A stretch of DNA of 64,000 nucleotides, taken from a bacterium. GTDB taxonomy: Bacteria > Patescibacteriota > Dojkabacteria > SC72. Below are positions 8,719 to 17,142 of the stretch, piece after piece. The notes below the pieces were generated by a model. The model saw nothing but the letters and a program-made list of their open reading frames with translations. It was not told the DNA's origin and did not search any database. The position numbers and the translations under genes are program-made. The DNA lies in the NCBI GenBank assembly GCA_022840695.1, contig JALHDC010000002.1:25753-89752 (forward strand), in the 5' to 3' direction. Each line of letters opens with the position of its first letter. The stretch's first letter is position 1.

Positions 8719-11428
8719 TTGGATACCCTCCTTGTAATACTCGCTGATTTACATCTGCAATAACATACTGTAATTCTCCATTAAAATCGGTATTAGCTTT
8801 GTTATACCCACCTTTTCTTTTGAAGGTAAGGAGGTTGTTGAAGTCTTCTTTTTCTACAACAACATTCCTAGTGAGATGATTCTTTACAAGGTTTAACCAT
8901 TGCAATTGTTGTTGAGTGTATTCATCTAATTTCATAGTACTGAAAGCATTATCTACTCTTTCTTGTGGAGATATCAACTCACCACCATATACAGCATATG
9001 ACACAAAAGAGTAGAGGTCTGCATCTGTTTCTTCTTCTATGATCTGTTCTGCGGCTTCTTGTAATCTTCTTTCTGTAAACATTTCAGGAGTATTCTTCAA
9101 TTGCTCTTTTAGTTCGTTAAAAGCTTTTCTAGTGAAGTCTTTTGGATTCTCTAGAAGTATCCTTAATGCTTGTATAGTATGCTTGTTATCGTTTATGTAT
9201 GTTTTAAACGATTCCATGTAGTCTTCAGGTTTTAGATCTCTTCCATCTGTAGTTTTGAAAAGGTACTCAGAAGTTACAATCTTTGCTTGCCTCTCTCTGG
9301 AAACGATTAACCCATCTCTATATCTTGGGTATCTTTTAACAAATGTTATCCAGTTTGCATCTCCCCATCTTTCTAATTCCTGTTCGTTCTTGCTTGATAA
9401 TCTGTCTTGTACTGAGTCTGCAAGTTTTAGTAATCCATCTTTTTCAATTCCGAACCTATCTTCAAGTTCTTGTCTTCCCTCTTCTGTAATGTTTTTATCC
9501 ATTCGTCTTAGCTTGTTTGCTAGAATCTTCGCGTTCTTATCAATATTCGTTTCATTTTCTAATTCTTCTACCACCTCCTCTATGGATTTGGTGTTTGAAG
9601 GGGCTGTAGGCTCCATTACGCCTCCTTCTTTCTGCATAAACTCTATTACCCCCACTGCGTCAAATACTGTGAAATGGGTCTTTCCTATTTCGTTACAAAG
9701 TCTTGTTCCCCTTCCTATAATCTGCTCATAAAGTATTCTTGATCTAATAGGGCGAATTAGTACTAAGTTTTCAACTTGGGGAATATCAACACCAGTTGAA
9801 AGCATATCTACTGAAACAACAATACTTGGCTTCTTTTCGTTTCTAAAATGTCTTATCCAACTATTCGCTTTATCGATTCTGTATGTGATCTTTTGAATCT
9901 CATCTGGATATTTTATCTCTTCTTGTAATAGTTTTACTAATTGATCTGCGTGATCTTCGTTTACTGCGTAGAATATGGTCTTAGGTATTCTTTCGCCCTC
10001 TTTTTTAATGTAGGAGAGCACTTCTTGTACAATTTTTCTGTTTCTATCTTCAACTGTAACTTTTCTTTCTAATGAAGCCGTTTGAATGTTCAATTCATCT
10101 TCTAGGAAGGTACTAAATCTGTATGTACCACCTCTGTCTCTAACTTCTACCGCTTCTCCCTTTTGAAGTTCAATCTCTTTTGCCATATCTATGTCAGTTT
10201 GTATCCTTACAGCGTCAAAGTCTACTAAGTATCCTTCGTGTACTGCTTTTTCGTATGGGTAGTAGTAGATGTCTTTTTCGGTATGACAATCAAAATATGC
10301 TGCAGTATGAGCGGCTGGTGTTGCCGTTAATCCAATTTGATAACTATCGAAATAGTCGAGAACGTATTTCCACTTGTTGTAAATTGATCGATGGCATTCA
10401 TCTGAAATGATTAAGTCGAAGCTATCAATTGGGAAATCTGGATTATATTTGATTTCTGAATCCCCTAACTCTTCCCAGTTCTCATCTTCAATGTCTGTAT
10501 AACTTACTTTTTTTCCTGTTAATGTTGCATATAGTCCCTGTATCGTTGACACATAGACAAATGAGTTTACATTCTGTCGATTCTTCAAATTCTTGAGTTG
10601 TAATTGTTCTGCTCCTAGATCTTTTGGATCTTCGTCTCCTTTAAACAATCTATCAAAATATACTGGATATACAGTGTTAAATTTCTGGCCTGTTACTGGC
10701 TCAAACGTTGAGAATGCTGAGATTGCCTGAGAAGCAAGTGATCTTCTATCAACTAGAAACAGGATTCTTTTGAAATATCCTGTTCTCATTAAGTGATAGA
10801 TCAATGCTGAAGCCATAAAGGTTTTGCCTGTACCTGTTGCCATAGCTACGAGTCCTTTTCTTTTGCCTTCAAGTATTCGTTTAACTGCATACTCGACTGC
10901 TTCCTTTTGGTATTTTCTTAATCCCTTTTGTCCGTACTTCTCTATAACTTGTTCTGTTTCAAGTTCTCTTAGTGCCTCGTTTTTTGAATCTGAGAGCAAT
11001 TCGTTTAATGCTTCTGGTGTATGAAATCCTTTTACTCGTCTTGGTATCGAATTATTGATATGCAATTCTTGGAATGTTATTTCATTTCCGTCTGTACTGT
11101 ATATGAATGGTACTTTGTATTCTCCGTAGAGCTTTGGAAGGTCGATATCTTGGGCGTATCTCTTAGCTTGTGCAATGACTCCTTCTGTTGAGGTGTTATC
11201 CTTCTTGGCTTCTACAATCGCAATTGCTTTGCCATTAAAAGTTAATAAGTAGTCAGCTGGTCCTGAGACTGTTCCAAATTCTACTATTGCGTCTTTACTG
11301 CTATTAGTGAGGTCTTCTTTTGTTCGAGTGACTTTCCATCCAGCGTCTTTTAGAAGTTTATCAATACTATCTTTTCTAGTATTCTTTTCACTTTTGTAAG
11401 TCTTCGTAAATCTGAATGGTAGTTCCAT
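8708..11428 (-). CDS. hsdR: type I restriction enzyme R subunit (endonuclease/helicase)
   Basis: N-terminal PD-(D/E)xK nuclease (IVEAKKD), SF2 helicase motifs MATGTGKT and DECHR, 906 aa. Confidence 0.9.
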   Translation of the reverse strand: MELPFRFTKTYKSEKNTRKDSIDKLLKDAGWKVTRTKEDLTNSSKDAIVEFGTVSGPADYLLTFNGKAIAIVEAKKDNTSTEGVIAQAKRYAQDIDLPKLYGEYKVPFIYSTDGNEITFQELHINNSIPRRVKGFHTPEALNELLSDSKNEALRELETEQVIEKYGQKGLRKYQKEAVEYAVKRILEGKRKGLVAMATGTGKTFMASALIYHLMRTGYFKRILFLVDRRSLASQAISAFSTFEPVTGQKFNTVYPVYFDRLFKGDEDPKDLGAEQLQLKNLKNRQNVNSFVYVSTIQGLYATLTGKKVSYTDIEDENWEELGDSEIKYNPDFPIDSFDLIISDECHRSIYNKWKYVLDYFDSYQIGLTATPAAHTAAYFDCHTEKDIYYYPYEKAVHEGYLVDFDAVRIQTDIDMAKEIELQKGEAVEVRDRGGTYRFSTFLEDELNIQTASLERKVTVEDRNRKIVQEVLSYIKKEGERIPKTIFYAVNEDHADQLVKLLQEEIKYPDEIQKITYRIDKANSWIRHFRNEKKPSIVVSVDMLSTGVDIPQVENLVLIRPIRSRILYEQIIGRGTRLCNEIGKTHFTVFDAVGVIEFMQKEGGVMEPTAPSNTKSIEEVVEELENETNIDKNAKILANKLRRMDKNITEEGRQELEDRFGIEKDGLLKLADSVQDRLSSKNEQELERWGDANWITFVKRYPRYRDGLIVSRERQAKIVTSEYLFKTTDGRDLKPEDYMESFKTYINDNKHTIQALRILLENPKDFTRKAFNELKEQLKNTPEMFTERRLQEAAEQIIEEETDADLYSFVSYAVYGGELISPQERVDNAFSTMKLDEYTQQQLQWLNLVKNHLTRNVVVEKEDFNNLLTFKRKGGYNKANTDFNGELQYVIADVNQRVLQGGYPNEN

Positions 11429-11449
11429 AATGTCTTATTATATCGCAGA

Positions 11450-13747
11450 TTATTGTGTCTGAATAGCCATTTCTGATAGCTTTTGCTCTATTCTGTTCCA
11501 GTCTAAAATTAAATCTAAACTCTGATTCCACCAGTCACTAAATGGCAATTGTGAATCAGTCTTTTTTATTTCACTATATTGTCCAACTCGAAGTGTATCA
11601 GTCGATGGAATATTGTATGTACCTGATTCAGTAATCAACCATCTGTCGTGCAAGGAATTCTTTAATTCTGAATCTAAAATGACACGCATTTCTGCGTTTA
11701 TACCTCTGTAGTTGAGCTCTTCTTTTAAGGTTTTGAACTTTTCTCGAATCTTATGGTCTACTTTATTTATCGAAGTTATAATTTTTACAGAGGAGATTTT
11801 TGAATCTGAGCTTTCTGATATGCTTTCGGATATTAAATCCAAGCCTACGACTGAAAAGTATTTGTCTACCCATTTGATTTCGCCATATTGAGCTTTGATT
11901 ATATCCTTGAGATGTTTTGTATTCGTGTATGGACTTTGTGGTGTTATTAGGATCGTTTCCTTTTGAGCTCCTTCAAAAATGCTTCTTAATTCATTAATGA
12001 TTGTCTTCTTTCTCTCTTGAATGAAGTCATTAAAGTCTTCAGATCCGAAATTTTCTCTCGTCAGTATTTCAATAGCCTTTCTAGAAAGAAGATGTGTTTG
12101 CATTAGATCGTAGAATTGCTCGTCATTTCCGATATTTCTCTTTATCTCGTTGAGGTAATCGCTTGGAAGTCTGTCGCTAATCTTCTTGTTTGTATCATTT
12201 GAAATAGGAGCTTTGTTTAATATCGTATTTATGTCTTTTATTCCGTTTTTCTTACCCCAAGATGCTGGAACAATGTGGTGATCTTCTAATACTGAATACT
12301 CTGGTAGATTGTTTGTATAGAAATCTCTTGCTTCGTTTCTAGCAAACAAACTGAATATTGCATTATATATAGCAGTATTCTGCCTATTCTCTCTAACCAA
12401 ATCTAGATTCTCAATAGTATTAACGGCTCTTTGAACCACATTTGGTGTTATTGAATCGTCTTCTATCCATTTTTTGAGGTCTAAGTAGTCTTTTGTCATT
12501 GTTGATTCAACACTGCTCGAATAACTGTTGGATAGTACAGAAGCCCAATACCATTGTGTAATCTTCTTATCAAAAGCTTGCTGTTTTGTTGAATCGAGTG
12601 ACTCTTTTTCTTTCAGTAGAACAGCGAGAATTGGGGTCATAGTTGGATATGGAATAAACTTTGGTTGAAGTGATCCAAAATCCCTAGGATTCTCGATTTT
12701 TGCTAAAGCCTTTTGAGTATATTGTAAGGCCTCACCCCAGTATTGTGTGAATTCTTCCGGGCTTGTCATAATAACACGTTTCTCTTTTGAACCATCTTCT
12801 TTTCTAATTGTTCTTTGCGTATTAGGCACCAAGTAGTAAAGGTATCTAGGTGAGCAATATCCTTGTAGTCTGATCGACATATACTGAAGAAGGTATATGT
12901 TCATCTTTTCTAATTCCTTGTGGTTATAATTTTCAGAAGCAATTCTCCAGTTTTTCTTAAGCTCAATAGCGTGAGGCTTCAATAACGCGTTGAGAAGATC
13001 GAAGATCGTAAGTTTCAACCCAGATGAGTTGATTTTTGTAAATATATCGCACACCTTTGCGACATCGATGTCCTTTGAAAGCTCTATGTAGCTAATATCG
13101 TAACTATTAAGTAATGATTGGAAGAACTTCTCTAGCTTCTGAACTTTCTCTTCTTTTTCGGTATACCCTTGTTTCTCTAACCAATTTCCATACTGTACAA
13201 CCCACTTATACCATTCAAAGCCTTGACCAAGAAGATAAAGTGGGAATAGTCCTTCTTCGAATTGCTTTTCTAATGGTCCTACAAATTCTTCAGCAGTTCT
13301 TTGTCTTGAAGTATTGTCATTTCTGTACTCAATTGATTCGTCCCAATCGTCTTCTAAAATACTGTTTAGTTTAACAAAGAAATAGAAACGAGTTTTTCTT
13401 TTTGGAAATGGCTCTGTAGGTGGGAAAAATGCATAATGTAGAGCACTAAGTCTCTGTTGTCCGTCTAAAACAATGTGTTGGGCTGTATATTTTAGTTTCT
13501 CTTTATTGATCTTGTTAAATCCGTATATAGACTCACAATTCAGTTTATCGAAGTTTTCTGGGGTTGATCTCCAGAGAAGTAGTGTACCAATGTAATAATC
13601 TGCGAATATTGATTGCAACAATGCTTGTATATCCCAAGGTCCCCATTCAAATTCTCTTTGAAAGTCTGGAATTACATAGAATCCAGAATCTATTGCAGTT
13701 AGTATTTTGCTAAGATTGTCTTTTGACGGAGTCTCTAGGTCTCGCAT
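11450..13747 (-). CDS. DUF262 (ParB-like NTPase) / DUF1524 (His-Me finger) protein, GmrSD/BrxU-like type IV restriction enzyme, with extra C-terminal domain
   Basis: N-terminal FQREFEW and DGQQR motifs; EDHHIVP...N His-Me finger motif; 765 aa with about 200-aa uncharacterised C-terminal extension; first gene of the operon. Confidence 0.75.
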   Translation of the reverse strand: MRDLETPSKDNLSKILTAIDSGFYVIPDFQREFEWGPWDIQALLQSIFADYYIGTLLLWRSTPENFDKLNCESIYGFNKINKEKLKYTAQHIVLDGQQRLSALHYAFFPPTEPFPKRKTRFYFFVKLNSILEDDWDESIEYRNDNTSRQRTAEEFVGPLEKQFEEGLFPLYLLGQGFEWYKWVVQYGNWLEKQGYTEKEEKVQKLEKFFQSLLNSYDISYIELSKDIDVAKVCDIFTKINSSGLKLTIFDLLNALLKPHAIELKKNWRIASENYNHKELEKMNIYLLQYMSIRLQGYCSPRYLYYLVPNTQRTIRKEDGSKEKRVIMTSPEEFTQYWGEALQYTQKALAKIENPRDFGSLQPKFIPYPTMTPILAVLLKEKESLDSTKQQAFDKKITQWYWASVLSNSYSSSVESTMTKDYLDLKKWIEDDSITPNVVQRAVNTIENLDLVRENRQNTAIYNAIFSLFARNEARDFYTNNLPEYSVLEDHHIVPASWGKKNGIKDINTILNKAPISNDTNKKISDRLPSDYLNEIKRNIGNDEQFYDLMQTHLLSRKAIEILTRENFGSEDFNDFIQERKKTIINELRSIFEGAQKETILITPQSPYTNTKHLKDIIKAQYGEIKWVDKYFSVVGLDLISESISESSDSKISSVKIITSINKVDHKIREKFKTLKEELNYRGINAEMRVILDSELKNSLHDRWLITESGTYNIPSTDTLRVGQYSEIKKTDSQLPFSDWWNQSLDLILDWNRIEQKLSEMAIQTQ

Positions 13748-13886
13748 TGTAATTCCTCGCTAAAATTACTTTTATAAGGATATCAGAAAAGGCTGTATTT
13801 GAACAGAAATACAACTGTGTATTCATCGTACTAGCACTCTCTCTCAGAGTTTGCTAAAATAATTAATAACTTTTCAATTTAGCTTT

Positions 13887-14201
13887 ATGTCTAAAACACA
13901 ATCACACATAAGAGCCCAGTCTAAGGCTGCAGGTAAAGAGGGAAAACAGGAAGTCTCCTTATCTCGAAATAGACGACTAGATGCGGTTACAAAGTCTGGG
14001 TCTCGAGCAACAGAGATTGAAAGAAGTGGAAATCCAAAACTTCTTGAGAAAGCGGCTCAGAGATTAGGAGATAGACGTTCAAGTCAGAAGGTCTTGCAAG
14101 TTCCTCAGTCAGATATGGGATTAGCTACTGCCGCAATGCGAAAAAAGGAAGTCCACGGAACAGTTAAAAATATGTCAGGCACAAAGAGGAGATCTGTATA
14201 A
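13887..14201 (+). CDS. doubtful ORF (basic 104-aa product) within a GC-rich anomalous block; may instead be noncoding
   Basis: uses codons rare for this genome (CGA, GCG, ACG, GGC); local GC far above window average. Confidence 0.15.
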   Translation: MSKTQSHIRAQSKAAGKEGKQEVSLSRNRRLDAVTKSGSRATEIERSGNPKLLEKAAQRLGDRRSSQKVLQVPQSDMGLATAAMRKKEVHGTVKNMSGTKRRSV

Positions 14202-14364
14202 AGTTGGAGTCCTCGCTTCCTTCTAAGTTTTAGAGCTTATAATCGAGCTTTATATAAGGCTTAGTCTTACTTTCAGCAATGATCAAATCCATCTCTTCCT
14301 GAACCTTTTTAACTTGTTGGAATAGCGGTATTAGTACCTCTTCGACAAATTGGAGAAGTTTGAA

Positions 14365-14378
14365 ATCTTCCACCCCAT
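14365..14378. repeat. attR-like direct repeat ATCTTCCACCCCAT
   Basis: identical to 3472-3485 (tRNA-His 3' end). Confidence 0.7.
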
Positions 14379-14665
14379 TTCTCCCTACTTTTTTCTGTTA
14401 TAATAAAAAATGGAATTAAAAGGTAATATCTTCTGGTATATATATATTCCTTCTACTATTACAATTCATACTCTTAATATTTGCATTAAATCAGAAATAT
14501 GATTTTTTCAATATTAAAATTATAAAAATATCTGACTATGTTATCTCATATATACCAAGAATATTAATAGTAACTATATTACAATTCTTTCTAGTATATA
14601 TATTCCTAACAAAGGGATACTATACCGATTCTACATTATCCTTAGTAATTACATTATTCTCTACT

Positions 14666-15016
14666 TTGATACTCTTAGATACAATAGGGAATATTTTTAA
14701 TCTATATAACATAGGAGAGATAGTAGGGAAGTTACACTATGATAATATAATGCACTCTATTGGACCCCTCATTATCTTCATATCCTCACATATGCTTTTA
14801 GTTAATAGATTTAGTTATACTAATGACAAATCAAGATTAATATCCTTAGTAGTTGCACTCTCACTTATACTACTCTGGGAACTTTATGAATATAGTAGTG
14901 ATCTAATATTTCATACTAAAATGGTTTTAGGATCTAAAGATACCATTAGAGACCTAATATACGGTACAGGAGCAATAATAATTGGATTTCTAATGACATA
15001 TCTACCAGTAATCTAA
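14666..15016 (+). CDS. small multi-pass membrane protein (TTG start in ORF track; reading frame stays open upstream to 14420)
   Basis: 116-aa ORF starting at TTG; in-frame upstream translation is also strongly hydrophobic, with no ATG. Confidence 0.4.
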   Translation: MILLDTIGNIFNLYNIGEIVGKLHYDNIMHSIGPLIIFISSHMLLVNRFSYTNDKSRLISLVVALSLILLWELYEYSSDLIFHTKMVLGSKDTIRDLIYGTGAIIIGFLMTYLPVI

Positions 15017-15064
15017 TATTTTCCATTGACCTTCCATATCCCCATATATATACTAAATTTAGTA

Positions 15065-16147
15065 ATGAAATATACATATTTAGAATATATATCAAAAAAT
15101 ATTAAATCCCTAATACATAACAAATATATTCTTAAAATACTTGTAACTCTCCTTCTCACTCTCTGTGTATTTGAAACACCACTTCTTCTTAGCTATATAA
15201 AAACCAAAGATCAAACCTCTGAACAAAAGATTGTTGAAACAAATAAAGATGAGAAATTAGATGAGGACATATCAGTACCTGAAGATGTAGAACAACAGGA
15301 AGAGGAAGTACCAGAAAAGATAGAGGAAAAAGCGAATACTACACCAAGCTATCCATCTAAACAAACCAATACAGAAATAGAGAAAGAAGAAATACCTACT
15401 GAGACTCCAATTGAACAACCTCCACAAGAACAACCAGTTGAAGAACCACCAATACCTGAATCCCCAAGTGCAGTTGTTGCATTCTATGCTGACACACAAT
15501 CAGATACTGATCAAGAAGATTTAAATCATCAAAGAGTGGTTAATTACATATTAAGTTCTGGAGGTAATCCTGTATTTCATGCAGGAGATGTTATGGAAGA
15601 TGGTACACAGGCTAGTTTAGACAGATTTAATACCGTTACCTCTACATTAAGATCTACAAGAACCTTCTATGCGGCATTAGGGAATAATGATAGGGCAGTG
15701 GGAGATTCTAGTACACCTTCACAACTATTTTTAGATAATTTTGTATTTCCAAATAATGAAAGATGGTACTCTGTAAACTATGGTAATCTACATTTGGTTG
15801 TATTAGATAGCGCTTTTGGATCTGGTAATGTTACACAATTAAATTGGCTAACTAATGACCTTCAGAGTAGTAATTCACAGAATAGAATAACAGGAGTTAT
15901 GTATCATCATCCTACATTTGCAAGTTCAATATCTTCATATTTAATTAATTATGGAGTAGATTTTGTAGTAGCAGGACATATACATTCGTATGGTCATTCT
16001 ATAAGTAATGGTATTAACTACTTTACACTCAGTGGTCAACCTTCCATAGGATACATGGTAGCTAGAATATACTCGGACAAAGTATCCATTACTGTATACA
16101 ATAGTAGCAATGCTGTAATAGATAGTATTGAGTTCAATGAGAGGTAG
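15065..16147 (+). CDS. membrane-anchored metallophosphoesterase (calcineurin-like) with Pro/Glu-rich linker
   Basis: GD (HAGDVMEDG), GNND (GNHD-like), GHIHSYGH motifs; N-terminal TM; E/P/Q-rich low-complexity spacer; ATG 15065 preferred over TTG 15026. Confidence 0.6.
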   Translation: MKYTYLEYISKNIKSLIHNKYILKILVTLLLTLCVFETPLLLSYIKTKDQTSEQKIVETNKDEKLDEDISVPEDVEQQEEEVPEKIEEKANTTPSYPSKQTNTEIEKEEIPTETPIEQPPQEQPVEEPPIPESPSAVVAFYADTQSDTDQEDLNHQRVVNYILSSGGNPVFHAGDVMEDGTQASLDRFNTVTSTLRSTRTFYAALGNNDRAVGDSSTPSQLFLDNFVFPNNERWYSVNYGNLHLVVLDSAFGSGNVTQLNWLTNDLQSSNSQNRITGVMYHHPTFASSISSYLINYGVDFVVAGHIHSYGHSISNGINYFTLSGQPSIGYMVARIYSDKVSITVYNSSNAVIDSIEFNER

Positions 16148-16153
16148 TATTAA

Positions 16154-16921
16154 CTACGGTCTCAATGTTCCTCCAAATACCTGCCATGCTAACAATGTCT
16201 TAGCTACAAGACTTAATACAATATATGCTTTTTCTCCATATAGATAATCCTTCCACTTCCCAACCTTCTTGTATTGTAAAAACATATTAATTGCAAAACT
16301 ATTAAAGAATAGGAATATACTTACATATATCCAATACACAAAATTAGGGATATCACCTCCACCAACCTCTGTTATGGAATAAACATATATACCAAACACT
16401 ACCCAAGGAACAATACCAGCTATACAACCTAATACAAAGGTTAACCAATTAACCTTCTCCTTCCCAGTATTATGTACCTCCATAGCCAAACCAGTTAAAT
16501 TCATTAATGCATCTAATGCAAAAATCATAACCAAACTAGCTAAATCATATATACCTGTTAAAAAACTAATTGCTAACATCATTACACTTGCACTAAAAGC
16601 ATACTCAAACCATCTAACTCTATTTATACCAACCTTTAGATCCTCCTCATACTTCCTTCTATACACAGTTGATATGAATAGGTGAGCAAAAGCACTCATA
16701 AAGAAGAATGTAGCAACAAACCATGCTATATTAACCTCTGTAATCTGCTCTGTCATAGGAAGAAGCTTCTGTAACTCCAAATCATATTTTAAATAGTTTA
16801 CCGTTATTGGAACAATTCCTTTTTCTGGATCACTAAGAAGAAGGACAACAATACCCTGAACAAGGTGAAAGAGTCCCATTACAAGATTGAAGATTCTTAA
16901 ATTCTTTAATTTCTTCTCCAT
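16154..16921 (-). CDS. heliorhodopsin (retinal-binding 7TM protein with inverted topology)
   Basis: strong similarity along the full length to heliorhodopsin 48C12-type sequences: FHLVQGIVVLLLS, RWFEYAFSASVMMLAI, GCIAGIVPW, SIFLFFNSFA, YIVLSLVAKTLLAWQVFGGT (Schiff-base Lys conserved). Confidence 0.85.
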   Translation of the reverse strand: MEKKLKNLRIFNLVMGLFHLVQGIVVLLLSDPEKGIVPITVNYLKYDLELQKLLPMTEQITEVNIAWFVATFFFMSAFAHLFISTVYRRKYEEDLKVGINRVRWFEYAFSASVMMLAISFLTGIYDLASLVMIFALDALMNLTGLAMEVHNTGKEKVNWLTFVLGCIAGIVPWVVFGIYVYSITEVGGGDIPNFVYWIYVSIFLFFNSFAINMFLQYKKVGKWKDYLYGEKAYIVLSLVAKTLLAWQVFGGTLRP

Positions 16922-17083
16922 ATATACTTAACTAAAATTATATACATACAGTATATGGCATTCTAACTGAAAAACAAAATATCTGGTATAATCAAACTAC
17001 AATGAAAAACATTAGATATACATACATACATCATATATAGCACCTTTGGTGTATATTTTGTCGTATATATATCAAAGGAATAC

Positions 17084-17109
17084 AAAAGAACCAAACGGTT
17101 CTTTTTTTT
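17084..17109 (+). terminator. intrinsic-terminator-like hairpin (9-bp stem AAAAGAACC/GGTTCTTTT, loop AAAC, T8 tail) in the hisS 5' leader
   Basis: seen in sequence between an extended -10 (TGgTATAAT at 16984-16992) and the hisS start; possible attenuator or bidirectional terminator. Confidence 0.4.
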
Positions 17110-17142
17110 GTTAATATGTAATATAACTTAAGATATAGAGAT

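Larger units (their letters stand above)
3485..14378. mobile_element. tRNA-His-associated genomic (defence) island, about 10.9 kb, integrase-less
   Basis: bounded by a 14-nt perfect direct repeat of the tRNA 3' end; cargo is exclusively restriction/defence genes on one strand; no recombinase ORF detected. Confidence 0.6.

Noticed and set aside
13760-14300. RNase P RNA, SRP RNA or tmRNA in the GC-rich block
   Set aside because: Partial GGAAGUCC-like and GUCAGG-like strings are present, but the conserved P4 partners, the SRP GNRA hairpin and tmRNA tRNA-like ends are absent. Kept only as an unexplained anomaly.
3485-14378. Integrase/recombinase gene for the island
   Set aside because: All ORFs of 60 aa or more in the island are accounted for by defence genes. 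The region next to either repeat has stops in all frames on the relevant strands.
16922-17142. T-box riboswitch upstream of hisS
   Set aside because: No recognisable T-box consensus or specifier-loop architecture; only a generic hairpin with T-tract was found.
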